From Alphaproteobacteria bacterium (GTDB lineage Bacteria > Pseudomonadota > Alphaproteobacteria > Bin95): DNA of 64,000 bases. Below are positions 63,590 to 64,000 of this stretch, one piece after another (positions within the stretch are counted from its first letter, which is position 1; each line of letters begins with the position of its first letter). The position numbers were made by a program, and so were the translations under genes. The DNA lies in NCBI GenBank assembly GCA_963665325.3, contig OZ224045.1:832001-896000 (forward strand), in the 5' to 3' direction. The notes beneath the pieces were generated by a model. That model was not told the origin of the DNA, ran no database searches, and was given only the letters and a program-made list of their open reading frames with translations.

Positions 63590-64000
63590 GTGCCCAGTTC
63601 AGCGGATCTGATTGCCCGGCGGCTGGCGGCGGCCGGCTGCCGCCATGCCTTCGGCATTCCGGGCGGCGAGGTGCTTGCCCTCATGGACGCGCTCGACCGG
63701 GCCGGCATCCGGGTCGTGCTCGCCCGGCACGAGACCTGCGCGGGCTTCATGGGCGAGGGCGTCCACCACCGCGACGGCGCGCCTGCGATCCTGGTCGTCA
63801 CCATCGGCCCGGGCCTCGCCAACGCGGTGAACGTCATCGCCAATGCCTGGCAGGACCGCGTGCCGATGGTGGTGCTGACGGGCTGCGTCTCCACCTCCGA
63901 GCAACATGGCTACACCCACCAGGTGCTCGACCATGCGAGGCTGGTGGAGCCCATCGCCAAGGCGGCGTTCCGCGTCGAGGACGGCATGGCGGCCATGCTC
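63590..64000 (+). CDS. Thiamine pyrophosphate-binding protein, N-terminal part (runs off the window)
   Basis: GTG start; ADLIARRL..GCRHAFGIPGGEVL, RHETCAGFM, TIGPGLAN, THQVLD. Confidence 0.88.
   Translation, partial: MPSSADLIARRLAAAGCRHAFGIPGGEVLALMDALDRAGIRVVLARHETCAGFMGEGVHHRDGAPAILVVTIGPGLANAVNVIANAWQDRVPMVVLTGCVSTSEQHGYTHQVLDHARLVEPIAKAAFRVEDGMAAML

Overview
High-GC alphaproteobacterial chromosome segment (inferred from the rnhB-ccrM pair, the rpoZ-spoT-pdxJ-acpS-lepB-rnc-era run, a SAM-II riboswitch and DUF1674/DUF983/DUF2161 genes). It is mostly housekeeping and catabolic genes: glcDEF, hmgA, acnA, metZ, a metal ABC transporter and several hydrolases and oxygenases. These are interrupted by small accessory inserts with no integrase or transposase: a DUF6338-like membrane gene plus a GYQP-repeat peptide, a PIN-domain gene, a frameshifted Fic gene, and HigBA, RES-Xre and RelBE/HicB toxin-antitoxin loci. 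The main unexplained signal is a non-coding element present twice in inverted orientation (about 16475-16903 on + and 27901-28579 on -). Each copy has an RpoD-like promoter, a conserved multi-hairpin RNA-like leader, an AGGAGGA ribosome-binding site, an unrelated short ORF, and CATGAC hexamers repeated every 10 bp. Both copies lie just downstream of foreign AT-rich cargo genes. All calls come from reading motifs by eye; no database search was run.
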